From contig CAWGQH010000009.1 of the NCBI GenBank assembly GCA_963824735.1, forward strand, positions 12,142-76,141: a stretch of 64,000 bases of DNA, in the 5' to 3' direction. Shown piece after piece: positions 1-11,641 of the stretch. This DNA is from an uncultured Chloroflexia bacterium. Lineage in GTDB: Bacteria; Chloroflexota; Limnocylindria; Limnocylindrales; CSP1-4. The notes under the pieces were generated by a model. That model was not told the DNA's origin, did no database searches, and saw only the letters and a program-made list of their open reading frames with translations. Position numbers and translations under genes: made by a program. Position 1 is the first letter of the stretch. Each line of letters begins with the position of its first letter.

Positions 1-609
1 GCCCTGGACTGGTACCGCACCGAGATCCTCGGCGGCACGGTGACGACCGACACGCTGCTGCGTGAGGTCGCCGAAACGCCTGCGGGCGCCGACGGGCTGG
101 TGTTCCTCCCGTACCTCGCCGGCGAACGCTCGCCGATCTGGGACCCCACGGCGCGTGGCGTGCTCGCCGGCCTGACGCTGGGGCATCGGCGTGGTCACGT
201 CGCGCGGGCGATCGTCGAGGCCTCGGCACTGGCGCTGCGCCACGTGGCCGAGCCCATGCTCGAGGCGGGCATCACGATCCGTGAGCTGCGCCTCTGCGGC
301 GGACCGGCGCGCAGCGATATCTGGAACCAGGTCAAGGCCGACGTAACCGGCTTTGACGTCGCGATCCCGCGGGTGCTCGAGACGGGCGTGGTGGGCTCGG
401 CGATCCTCGGCGCGGTCGGCATCGGCGGCTTCCGTGACCTCCGCGCGGCGATCCGCGCGATGACCACGATCGATCACCGTCTCGAACCACGCCTCGAGCA
501 CGCGGCGACGTACCACGAGCTGTACGCCGCCTATCGCGCGCTCTACCCGGCGACTGCGCCACTCCTGCGGCCGCTCGCCTCGGCCGAACACGCGGTGCTC
601 GTCCGGTGA
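1..609 (+). CDS. FGGY-family carbohydrate kinase (xylulokinase-like), C-terminal part; truncated by window start
   Basis: Frame open from base 1. FGGY_C motifs FLPYLAGERSP, RAIVEASA and GGPARSDIWNQVKADV. Stop overlaps the next start (GTGA). Confidence 0.85.
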   Translation, partial: ALDWYRTEILGGTVTTDTLLREVAETPAGADGLVFLPYLAGERSPIWDPTARGVLAGLTLGHRRGHVARAIVEASALALRHVAEPMLEAGITIRELRLCGGPARSDIWNQVKADVTGFDVAIPRVLETGVVGSAILGAVGIGGFRDLRAAIRAMTTIDHRLEPRLEHAATYHELYAAYRALYPATAPLLRPLASAEHAVLVR

Positions 610-1412
610 GCGGCACGATCGCGGTCCGGGACGTCGCCTTCGACTTCCGGACCCGCACGGGCGAGGCGCATCAGGCGCTCGACGGCGTCGACCTGACGGT
701 GCCCGGCGGCGGCATCGTCGCCCTGATCGGCCCCAACGGCTGCGGCAAGTCGACGCTCCTGCGTGTCATCGCCGGCCTCCTCGAAGCTTCACGCGGGGAG
801 GTCAGGCTGGACGGCTCCCCGGTCGCCGGCCCCGATCCGCGGATCGGGCTGGTCTTCCAGGAGCCGCGCCTGCTGCCGTGGCGGACGGCGGCCGCGAACA
901 TCACGTACCCGCTCGAGCTCGCGGGGTGGCCGCGCGAGCGACGGGACGAGCGCCTCGCCGAGCTGCTCGAATTGATCGGGCTCGATGCCACGGCGGCCGC
1001 GGCACGGCCCGCCGAGCTGTCCGGCGGTCAGCAGCAGCGCGCGGCCATCGGCCGGTCGCTCGCGCTCCAGCCGGAGGTCCTGCTGCTCGACGAGCCGTTC
1101 AGCGCCCTCGACGCGCTGACGCGCGAACGGTTCGACCTCGAACTCCTCGCGCTGTGGGAGCACGCGGCCCCGACGATCGTGCTCGTGACCCACAGCATCT
1201 CGGAGGCCATCCTGATCGCCGACCAGGTGGTCGTGATGACGCCGCGTCCCGGAAGGATCGCGGCGGTCGTCCCGGTCGAGCTGCCACGACCCCGCTCGCT
1301 CGCCTCGATGGACGAGGCCACGGTCTCGAGGACTGCCCGGCGGATCCGGGAGCTACTCGGCGAGGAAACGTCGGATGCGCAGCCGCGCCCGCGACTGGTG
1401 GCCGCGTCATGA
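606..1412 (+). CDS. ABC transporter ATP-binding protein (NitT/TauT/SsuB type)
   Basis: Walker A GPNGCGKS, signature LSGGQ, Walker B LLLDEPF, H-loop VTH. Confidence 0.95.
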   Translation: MSGTIAVRDVAFDFRTRTGEAHQALDGVDLTVPGGGIVALIGPNGCGKSTLLRVIAGLLEASRGEVRLDGSPVAGPDPRIGLVFQEPRLLPWRTAAANITYPLELAGWPRERRDERLAELLELIGLDATAAAARPAELSGGQQQRAAIGRSLALQPEVLLLDEPFSALDALTRERFDLELLALWEHAAPTIVLVTHSISEAILIADQVVVMTPRPGRIAAVVPVELPRPRSLASMDEATVSRTARRIRELLGEETSDAQPRPRLVAAS

Positions 1413-2158
1413 GGTGGCGGACGGTCGTGCCGATCGTGGCGGCCCTCGGCGTGTTCCTCGTTGCGTGGCAGCTGGCGGTGGTCCTCGGCGGCCTCCAGCC
1501 GTCGATCCTCCCGCCGCCCCTGCTCGTCGCGGAGCGCTTCGTCGAAGCGTTCGCCGAGGGGACGATCCAGCCGCACCTCGCGACCACCCTCCAGGAGATC
1601 GCGCTCGGGTTCGCGGCCGGGGCCGTGCTGGGGCTCGCTGCCGGCTACGTGATGGCGCGCTCGCCGTTCGCGGAGCGGCTGCTGTCTCCCTACATCGTTG
1701 CGGCCCAGGCGGTCCCGATCCTCGCCCTCGCCCCGCTGCTCGCCATCTGGTTCGGACCCGGCCTGCTCAGCAAGGTCGTCATCTGCGGGCTGATCGTGTT
1801 CTTCCCGGTTGCCGTCTCCACGATGGTCGGAATCCGGACCGTCGATCCGCGCCTGATCGAGCTCGGGCGCAGCCTGCGCGCCACGCGGCGACAGCTGCTG
1901 TGGACGATCGAGGTCCCGTCCGCTTTGCCGTCGATCCTCGGCGGCCTCCGCGTCGGTGTCACGCTGTCGGTGATCGGCGCAATCGTCGGGGAATGGGCGG
2001 GGGCTTCGCGCGGGCTGGGTGTGCTGATCAACCTCGCCCGCGGCTCGCTGTTCGATATCCCGCTGATGTTCGCGACGCTGCTCACGATCGCCCTCGTGGG
2101 GATCGGTCTCTATGTCGTGGTCGTCCTCGTCGAGCGCCGCCTCGTCGGCGCCCGTTGA
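1409..2158 (+). CDS. ABC transporter permease (NitT/TauT type)
   Basis: ATG at 1409 overlaps the ATPase stop (ATGA). Multiple TM segments and an EAA-like loop (IELGRSLRAT). The track's start at 878 is spurious. Confidence 0.92.
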   Translation: MRWRTVVPIVAALGVFLVAWQLAVVLGGLQPSILPPPLLVAERFVEAFAEGTIQPHLATTLQEIALGFAAGAVLGLAAGYVMARSPFAERLLSPYIVAAQAVPILALAPLLAIWFGPGLLSKVVICGLIVFFPVAVSTMVGIRTVDPRLIELGRSLRATRRQLLWTIEVPSALPSILGGLRVGVTLSVIGAIVGEWAGASRGLGVLINLARGSLFDIPLMFATLLTIALVGIGLYVVVVLVERRLVGAR

Positions 2159-2178
2159 TTTCCAATTCGGAGGTACCC

Positions 2179-3258
2179 GTGCGCGCTCGCTTCGTCGTCG
2201 GTCTCCTGGCCGTCCTCCTCGTCGTCGCCGGTTGCGGCGTCGAATCGGCCACCCCGATTGCCGCCGAGTCCGAATCGCCGGCGGCGAGCGAGCCTTCCGA
2301 GACCGAAGCCGCTACGAGCCCCAGCCCGCAGGGCAGCGTCGTCCCAGTCGATCTGTCCGTCGGGCTCGGCTACATCCCGAGCGTCCAGTTCGCGCCGTTC
2401 TACCTCGCCGCACAGAAGGGCTACTACGGCGAGGCCGGCCTGAACGTCGAGTTCCAGAACCGGATCGACCCGGACCTGATCACGCTCGTCGGTCAGGGCA
2501 CCATCGACGTCGGCATCGGTGACGGCACGAGCGTCATCCCCGCGGTCAGCCAGGGCATCCCGGTCCGCTACATGGCGACCATCTACGGGAAGTTCCCGTC
2601 GATCGTGTTCGCCAAGGCGTCATCCGGGATCGACTCGCCGGACGACCTCGCGGGCAAGAAGCTTGGGACGCCCGGGCGGTTCGGCTCCGGCTGGGTCGCG
2701 CTGCAGGCCATGCTGCAGTCGGTCGGGCTCACGCCCGAGGACCTCGAGATCGTCGAGTACCCCGACTTCGGGCAGGGCGCCGCGGTGGCCGCCGACCAGG
2801 TGGACGCCGCGACCGGCTTCGTCAACAACGAGCCGGTCCAGCTCGAGCTGAGCGGGACACCCGCGTCGGTCCTGCGTGTCGACGATGTCGTCCCGCTGCC
2901 GGGGCCGGGGCTGATCGCCGGCGTCGACACGCTCGAGGAGAACCAGGACGCGATCCAGGCGTTCATCGCGGCGACGCTCCGCGCGATGGAGGAGATCGCC
3001 GACGATCCGGAGGCCGGGCTCGAGGCGGCAATCACCGAGGTTCCGGAGCTCGGCAACGATCGGGAGACGCAGCGCGCGATCCTCGAGGCGACGATCGACA
3101 CGTGGCGCGGTCCGCTGCAGGCCGAGCGTGGCCTCGGCGCGGTCGATCGCGACGGATGGCAGGCGTCGATCGAGTTCCTCGACGACCTCGGCCTCGTGCC
3201 GAACCCGATCACGATCGAGGACGTGCTGCGCGACGACCTGCTGCCGGCGGGCGACTGA
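2179..3258 (+). CDS. ABC substrate-binding lipoprotein, NMT1/THI5-like
   Basis: GGAGG at 2169-2173, GTG at 2179, lipobox VAGC, motif LGYIPSVQFAPFYLAAQKGYY. Confidence 0.88.
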   Translation: MRARFVVGLLAVLLVVAGCGVESATPIAAESESPAASEPSETEAATSPSPQGSVVPVDLSVGLGYIPSVQFAPFYLAAQKGYYGEAGLNVEFQNRIDPDLITLVGQGTIDVGIGDGTSVIPAVSQGIPVRYMATIYGKFPSIVFAKASSGIDSPDDLAGKKLGTPGRFGSGWVALQAMLQSVGLTPEDLEIVEYPDFGQGAAVAADQVDAATGFVNNEPVQLELSGTPASVLRVDDVVPLPGPGLIAGVDTLEENQDAIQAFIAATLRAMEEIADDPEAGLEAAITEVPELGNDRETQRAILEATIDTWRGPLQAERGLGAVDRDGWQASIEFLDDLGLVPNPITIEDVLRDDLLPAGD

Positions 3259-3345
3259 GCCGTTGGCCCTCTCAGCCAGCGGGTTTGGCTGGTTTCGGGC
3301 ATAATGGGGGACCCCCGAAATGCCACCTTGCGGCAGGGTCCGCCG

Positions 3346-3546
3346 ATGGGAGTGTCAGTGAATACCCGCCCCCCCGCCAAGTCCGCCACGGCCACCGAGC
3401 CGTTCAAGCACGTGATCGACGAGTACAAGCATCGCGATCAGACGATCACCTGCACCTGCGGCTGGCACGGAAGCTCCGCACAGATCGACCGCGGACCGTC
3501 CGAGTGGACCTCCCACCTCATCGAGGTTCGCGGCAAGAAGCGCTGA
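3346..3546 (+). CDS. Small hypothetical protein with H..CxCGW..H putative Zn-binding motif
   Basis: GC3-biased 66-codon ORF preceded by CATAAT (3300-3305) and followed by a terminator. Start uncertain (3304 or 3346). Confidence 0.65.
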   Translation: MGVSVNTRPPAKSATATEPFKHVIDEYKHRDQTITCTCGWHGSSAQIDRGPSEWTSHLIEVRGKKR

Positions 3547-3577
3547 AGCGCTGATGCGCTGACGTCCTGATCGAACG

Positions 3578-3603
3578 AGCCGGCCTGCGGGCCGGCTTCT
3601 TTC
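3578..3603 (+). terminator. Rho-independent terminator
   Basis: AGCCGGCC-TGCG-GGCCGGCT 8-bp stem followed by TCTTTC, directly after the small gene. Confidence 0.7.
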
Positions 3604-3642
3604 GTTCCTCGGGCCTGGAGGGGCGTGCTAGCATCGCCGACC

Positions 3643-4987
3643 GTGGCGCCCACACCGGTCCTCCCCGAGCGACCACCCTTCTCCCTCCGTGCCAGGTTGC
3701 TGACACCGCTTGCCGACGGCGGAAGCCGCCACGAGTGCGGACGGGCTCCTGGTCGTCGACGCGGACGGGCGGATCGCCTTCGCCGGCGCCGCGGCGGATC
3801 GTCCGGCGGAAGCCGCGTCGGCGCTTGCGCTTCCCGGCTGGGTGCTGCTCCCCGGGCTGGTCGACCTCCACGCCCACCTGCCACAGCTGCCGAACGCCGG
3901 GCTGGGAGCCGGCCTGGACCTGCTGACCTGGCTGGAGCGCTACATCTTTCCGCTGGAACGCGGGTTCGACGAGGCCCGGGCCGACGTCGTGGCACCGGCC
4001 GCCTGGCGGGCCTTCGCGGCCGCCGGCACCACTACGGCACTCGTCTACGGCGCGGTGTACGAGGCGAGCCTCGACGCCACGTTCCGGGCTGCCGAGGCGC
4101 ACGGCATCCGCGCGGTCGTCGGCAAGGTGATGATGGACCGGGTCACGTACGACCAGACCATCGACCCGGCGACGATCCTCGATCGGTCCCTGCGCGAAGC
4201 CGCCGACCTCTGTTCGCGCTGGCACATGCGCGACGACGGCAGGTTGCGGTACGCGTTCACGCCACGGTTCGCGGTCTCGTGCAGCGCCGACATGCTCCGC
4301 GAATCGGCGGCGCTCGCCCGCGCCACCGGTGCGTACTGGCAGACCCATGTGTCCGAGGACCGCGGCGAGATCGCCGAGGTGGCGCGGCTCTTTCCGGAGG
4401 CGATCGACTACGTCGACGTGTACGACCGGGCCGGCGGGCTCGGGGAGCGGACCGTGCTGGCCCACGCCGTGCACCTGTCCGAGCGGGAGATCGCACGGCT
4501 CGTCGAGACCGGTACGCGGGTCGCGCACTGCCCGGCCTCGAACCTGTTCCTCGCCTCCGGCGTGATGCCGCTGGGGCGCTATCTCGAGGCCGGGATGCGG
4601 GTCGGCCTCGGGTCCGACGTGGCCGGCGGGCCCGACCTGTCGATCTTCGGCGCGATGCGAGTCGCGTTCTACTCGTGGAACGCGCTGCGAGTTGAACGAG
4701 ACGGGGTGCCGCCCGTCCCCGGCCCGCTCGACTGGCTCCGCTTGGGCTCGCTCGAAGGCGCCCGGGTCCTGGGGATCGACGACGTCACCGGCTCGCTCGA
4801 AACGGGCAAGGAGGCCGACGTCATCGCGGTCGACCCGTCGCTCGTCGGCCCGCTCGACGGCCACGCCGACGACGACCCGACCGACCTGATGAGCAGGCTC
4901 ATGTTCCGCGCCCACCCGGACATGGTCCGCGCGGCCTGGGTCCGCGGCCGCGCCCTCGACGGCCCAGGCACGATCAGAGCACGATGA
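3643..4987 (+). CDS. guaD: Guanine deaminase (one frameshift near 3736)
   Basis: PGLVDLHAHLPQ, TPRFAVSCS, QTHVSE, HCPASN and GLGSDVAGG motifs. The N-terminus (SLRARLLTPL) is in another frame and joins after an extra T at 3736. Extended -10 TGcTAGCAT lies upstream of GTG 3643. Confidence 0.88.
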
Positions 4988-5627
4988 TCGCGCTTCCGCC
5001 CGGATCGCGACCCTCGCTCAGCGCGCGGAGACAGTCACGCTGGGAGACCGGGAACGCTGTGCCGAGGTCCGGCGCGCCAAGCCTCAGGGCGAGCCGGTTG
5101 GCCCGCGTATCCGCGACGAGCAAGATGACGTGATCCAACTCGCCGTCGCGCTGCTTCAGGTTCGTGCGCCGGGCGGCGGCCTGGAGGTCCCGCAACCGCG
5201 TCTCGGCCTCGACCCCGATTACGAAGCCCAGTCCGGCGATCGTTGCGTCCCAGGCTCGAAGGTCCCCAGGAATCGGCATCGGCACCTCCGTTCGCCAGCG
5301 CAGTTGTGGGGAGATTCTCGCCCGGAACCGATGAAGCAGCGCAACATGCGCTGCGTCGCGCACCGGATCCCCGGACGGGTAGAGGCGCAAAGACGCCTCG
5401 AGTCCCACAGTGGCGGAGATGCGGGCAATAGAGCCAAGGCTCACCTCCGGCGCAATTCCCCGTTCAACCCGCCATACCTTCGTGCGGGACATGCCGGCCG
5501 CCGATCCGACCTTACGCAGACTGAGACCAGCACTGATCCGTGCCAGGCGGATGTCACGGCCCGCAGCGCCGAGTTGCTCGGCGGTTCGCCGCGTGGCGCG
5601 CTCAACAGGTCGTTCACGAGTCCCCAT
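4974..5627 (-). CDS. XRE-family HTH protein with C-terminal restriction-endonuclease-like domain
   Basis: N-terminal XRE HTH (RISAGLSLRKVG..SRTKVWRVERG). C-terminal WD..VEAET resembles a PD-(D/E)XK core. Less GC3-biased than its neighbours. Confidence 0.7.
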   Translation of the reverse strand: MGTRERPVERATRRTAEQLGAAGRDIRLARISAGLSLRKVGSAAGMSRTKVWRVERGIAPEVSLGSIARISATVGLEASLRLYPSGDPVRDAAHVALLHRFRARISPQLRWRTEVPMPIPGDLRAWDATIAGLGFVIGVEAETRLRDLQAAARRTNLKQRDGELDHVILLVADTRANRLALRLGAPDLGTAFPVSQRDCLRALSEGRDPGGSAIIVL

Positions 5628-5880
5628 GCCGTCAAGAGTCTCAAACGACGCTTACCTGGCGGATATTCGGCGCGCGTCACGTGTGACATGACAACCAGCC
5701 AAGCAGGCGTCGGCTGCAGGCTGGCGACCCTTGCTCGTCACATCAAGCGAGCCAAATGGAGGGGTGAGGAACTGATCATTCGCCGGAAGTCACGCATGCT
5801 GTGCCGATTCGCGACCGCCCGCACGCCCGACCGTTCGTTGTCACGCCGGATGAACCTCGGGCGGCTGGACGTGTTGACAC

Positions 5881-7479
5881 GTGGCTGACGTCGCCGACCT
5901 TGTCATCGTCGGGGGGACGGTCGTGGATGGGACCGGGGCACCGGGGCGGCCGGGGACGGTCGTCATTGACGGGGAGCGGCTCAGGCTCACCCCGGCCGCT
6001 GCCGAACCCCCGCGCGCCGCCCGCACGATCGACGCCACGGGCCGGGTCGTCGCCCCGGGGTTCATCGACCTGCACAGCCACGGCGGCCTCGTCATCCTCG
6101 ACGACCCGCGGCACGAGCCGAAGGTCCGCCAGGGGATCACGACCGAGGTGGTCGGCGTGGACGGGATCAGCTTTGCGCCGTTCCCGCGGCGCGAGGACCT
6201 CGACGCGATGATCGAGATGGACGCCGGCCTCGACGGCGATCCGCCGGTCGCCCATGACTGGGACTCCGTCGCGAGCCTGCTGACCCGTTACGACGGCCGG
6301 GCGAGCCTCAACGTCGCGACGCTGATCGGCAACTCGGCGCTGCGCATCGCGGCCCTCGGCTGGGACGACGTCCCCGCGGACCCGGCCGCGCTGGACCGCA
6401 TGCGGGGACTCCTCCGCGAGGGGCTGCAGGAGGGCGCGGTCGGGCTCAGCTCCGGGCTCGACTACCCGCCCGGCAGCTACGCGACCACCGAGGAGCTCGC
6501 CGCGCTGACCGAAGAGGCGGGAAGGAGCGGCGCGTTCTATCACACCCACGTCCGGTACGCGCTCGGCGACCGTTACCTGGACCCGTTCCGCGAGGCGATC
6601 GAGATCGGGCGGCGAGCCGGGGCGCCGGCCCACATCACGCACTTCTACCACCGCGAGACGCATCCCGGCGGGTACGAGCCCCTGCTCGGCCTCGTCGACG
6701 ATGCGCGCGCCGAAGGCCTCGACGTCACGTACGACTCCTACCCGTACGAGTGGGCGAGCACGCGGCTCCTCATCCAGCTCCCGGGCTGGATCCAGGCCGG
6801 CGGCCCCGGCCCGCTCAAGCAGCGCCTCGCCGAGCGGACCGCCCGCGACCGCCTCCGCGAGGAGCTTGCCGCCCGGGGCGCTGCCTACACGAGCCCGGCA
6901 GGCTGGGCCGACGTGCGCCTCGGCGCGTTCCGGAGCCCGCAGAACCTCCACTGGGAGTCGCACACGCTCGCGGACGTGATGCACGAGACGGGCCACGACG
7001 CGGTCGATGTGATCTGCGACCTGCTCCTCGAAGAGAACCTCGCGGTCAACCAGGTCACGAGCGGTCCGTGGACCGAGACCCTTCGACCGTTCGTCGTGCA
7101 CCCGGTGGGGATGGTCGGCACCGACTCCACGTTCGTCGGCGCGAAACCGAGCCCGCGCACGTACGGCTCCTTCCCGCGCATCCTCGGCCAGTTCGTCCGC
7201 GACGAAGCGCTGTTGAGCATCGAGGAGGCAGTGCGCAAGATGACCTCGGCGCCGGCGGCGCGGCTCGGCCTCAACCAGCGCGGAACCCTGCGCGACGGCG
7301 CGCTGGCCGACGTCGTGGTCTTCGACCCGGCGACGGTCCGATCGAACGCGACCTACGACGAGCCGCGCAGCTACCCGACCGGGATCGAAACCGTGATCGT
7401 CAACGGCACGCTCGTCGTGGACGGCGATGCGCACACCGGCGCGACGCCGGGACGCGGGATCCGCCTGGGGAAGGACTAA
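5881..7479 (+). CDS. N-acyl-D-amino-acid deacylase / D-aminoacylase-family amidohydrolase
   Basis: PGFIDLHSH, SSGLDYPPG, DSYPY, GTDS and PRTYGSFPR motifs. Confidence 0.88.
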   Translation: MADVADLVIVGGTVVDGTGAPGRPGTVVIDGERLRLTPAAAEPPRAARTIDATGRVVAPGFIDLHSHGGLVILDDPRHEPKVRQGITTEVVGVDGISFAPFPRREDLDAMIEMDAGLDGDPPVAHDWDSVASLLTRYDGRASLNVATLIGNSALRIAALGWDDVPADPAALDRMRGLLREGLQEGAVGLSSGLDYPPGSYATTEELAALTEEAGRSGAFYHTHVRYALGDRYLDPFREAIEIGRRAGAPAHITHFYHRETHPGGYEPLLGLVDDARAEGLDVTYDSYPYEWASTRLLIQLPGWIQAGGPGPLKQRLAERTARDRLREELAARGAAYTSPAGWADVRLGAFRSPQNLHWESHTLADVMHETGHDAVDVICDLLLEENLAVNQVTSGPWTETLRPFVVHPVGMVGTDSTFVGAKPSPRTYGSFPRILGQFVRDEALLSIEEAVRKMTSAPAARLGLNQRGTLRDGALADVVVFDPATVRSNATYDEPRSYPTGIETVIVNGTLVVDGDAHTGATPGRGIRLGKD

Positions 7480-8270
7480 GCCTCGCCCGACTCCCCGGCG
7501 TTCGCGTGCTCGGCCTCGGCAGCCTCGTCCGGGACAAGGTCGGAGCTCCGCCGCGCGTTGCGATGGACCTCGGCGTACATCCGCTCGGTGGCAATCCGGC
7601 CGGCGTCGTGCAGGCTGTCGTCGCCCGACGCGCTGGCCCAGCCTATCGCGAGCTTGAGTGCCACCGCCCCCAATTCGAGCCACAGGTCGCAGGTCCGCCG
7701 GACGCGCTCGACATAGTTGATCGCCTGGATCTCATCGGTCTCCGGCAGCAGGACCGCGAAGCGGCCGTCGCTCACGCGAGCGACGAAATCGGCCTCGCGG
7801 GCGAGGCGCCGGACGGTGTCGGCCACGGCGGGCACGAGCCGGTCGCCGGCCGCATCGCCGAGCCGGGCAGTGAGCCGATCGAGCCCATCGAGCTCGATCA
7901 TCACGATCGTCGCGGGCCGCCGGTAGCGGCGGACGCGGGCGTCCTCGTCGGCCACGACGCGGGCCCAGCGGCTCGGGCTGAGCAGGCCGGTGAGCGCGTC
8001 GCTCGTCGGGCCATCGGGGTCATCGGCGGCGCCGTTGGACCCATTCACGGGACCGGGATTGCCGTTCGCGGGGCTGGCGAGGCTCATGGCCACGCGACTC
8101 GTCGCCATGTCGGAATCGAGCAAGATCGGGCCTCCTGCGCCCGCTGTCGCAGGCGTCATCGACCCGCTCCCCCGCCGCGGCATGCGTGGGATGACCACGG
8201 CCAGGGCGATCAGGAGCGCAGTCGCGAGCAGCGCAGCGATCAGCAGATACGTGACGGTCTGTTGATCCAT
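7476..8270 (-). CDS. Membrane-anchored degenerate GGDEF-domain protein
   Basis: N-terminal TM helix, DALTGLL motif, READ (RxxD) followed five residues later by SDGRF in place of GGDEF. TATAGT -10-like hexamer at 8321-8326 on the minus strand. Confidence 0.8.
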   Translation of the reverse strand: MDQQTVTYLLIAALLATALLIALAVVIPRMPRRGSGSMTPATAGAGGPILLDSDMATSRVAMSLASPANGNPGPVNGSNGAADDPDGPTSDALTGLLSPSRWARVVADEDARVRRYRRPATIVMIELDGLDRLTARLGDAAGDRLVPAVADTVRRLAREADFVARVSDGRFAVLLPETDEIQAINYVERVRRTCDLWLELGAVALKLAIGWASASGDDSLHDAGRIATERMYAEVHRNARRSSDLVPDEAAEAEHANAGESGEA

Positions 8271-8506
8271 GGTCCGAATGACTCCAGGATGAATGCCGAA
8301 CCAGGGACGGTTGCCGCAGGACTATACGGATCGCCCGCCCGATGCGGACCCCTTTCCGGCGGCGATGGGACTCCTTTCCGGTGACCCCCGGCACCGCGCG
8401 GCGGGGTCCGGTGGGGTCCCGACGGGAACGGTGCGCACGCGTGACTCCGGGCCATCGCGGCCATCCTCGGGTGGTACCCTCACGCGCCAAGGAGGCTGCC
8501 CGCCGC

Positions 8507-10944
<2,438 letters not shown>

Positions 10945-10948
<4 letters not shown>

Positions 10949-11442
10949 GCACGGTCCGCTTCCTGGTCAACGGCGAACCGACCGAGATCGACGTCCCGGG
11001 CATGCGCCGCCTCCTCGACGTCCTGCGCGAGGACCTCGGGCTGACCGGCACGAAGGAGGGCTGTGGAGAAGGGGAGTGCGGGGCGTGCACGGTCCTGCTC
11101 GACGGTGTCGTCGTCGATTCGTGTCTTGTGCCGATCTGCCAGGTCGACGGTTCGATCGTGCGGACCGTCGAAGGACTCGCCCGTCCGGCCTCGACGCCGG
11201 GTGGTACGCCGGAGCTGGACGAGCTCCAGACCTCGTTCCTCGAGCTGGGCGGCGCGCAGTGCGGGATCTGCACGCCCGGGATGCTGATGGCGGCCCGTGC
11301 GTACCTCGACGACGGCGGCGGGCCGGACGAGGCGGCGATCCGCGAGGCGATCGCCGGCAACCTCTGCCGCTGCACGGGCTACACGAAGATCATCGACTCG
11401 ATCGCCGCCGCCGCCCACGGGCCGGAAGGACCTGCGGCGTGA
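10945..11442 (+). CDS. xdhC: Xanthine dehydrogenase 2Fe-2S subunit
   Basis: GCGEGECGAC, QCGICTPG and NLCRCTGY motifs. ATGA overlap with the upstream gene. Only the last 165 aa of the 1049-aa track ORF are real. Confidence 0.93.
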
Positions 11443-11639
11443 AGGACGGCGAGTTCGACCGGCTTCGCATCCCGATGGCCGACCCGGAGGACGCTGACGA
11501 TCCCGAGTCCGACGAGTACGCCGAGCGGATCGGCGTCGGCGCCTCACCCGCGCAGCTTGCCGCTGGTTCGGCGATCCTCGCGGGCCTCGTCCTGGTCGGC
11601 CTCGCCGCGCTGCGTCGCAGGCGCAGCCCGGAGCGCTGA
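11439..11639 (+). CDS. Small hypothetical membrane protein inside the xdh operon
   Basis: GTGA overlap with the xdhC stop and ends 2 nt before xdhB. Acidic N-terminal half, C-terminal TM helix, RRRR tail. Confidence 0.7.
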   Translation: MKDGEFDRLRIPMADPEDADDPESDEYAERIGVGASPAQLAAGSAILAGLVLVGLAALRRRRSPER

Positions 11640-11641
11640 CG

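Noticed and set aside
3736-3736. Programmed ribosomal frameshifting in guaD, ligD or the subtilase
   Set aside because: No slippery heptamer with a stimulatory structure was seen, and similar indels occur across unrelated genes, pointing to sequence error.
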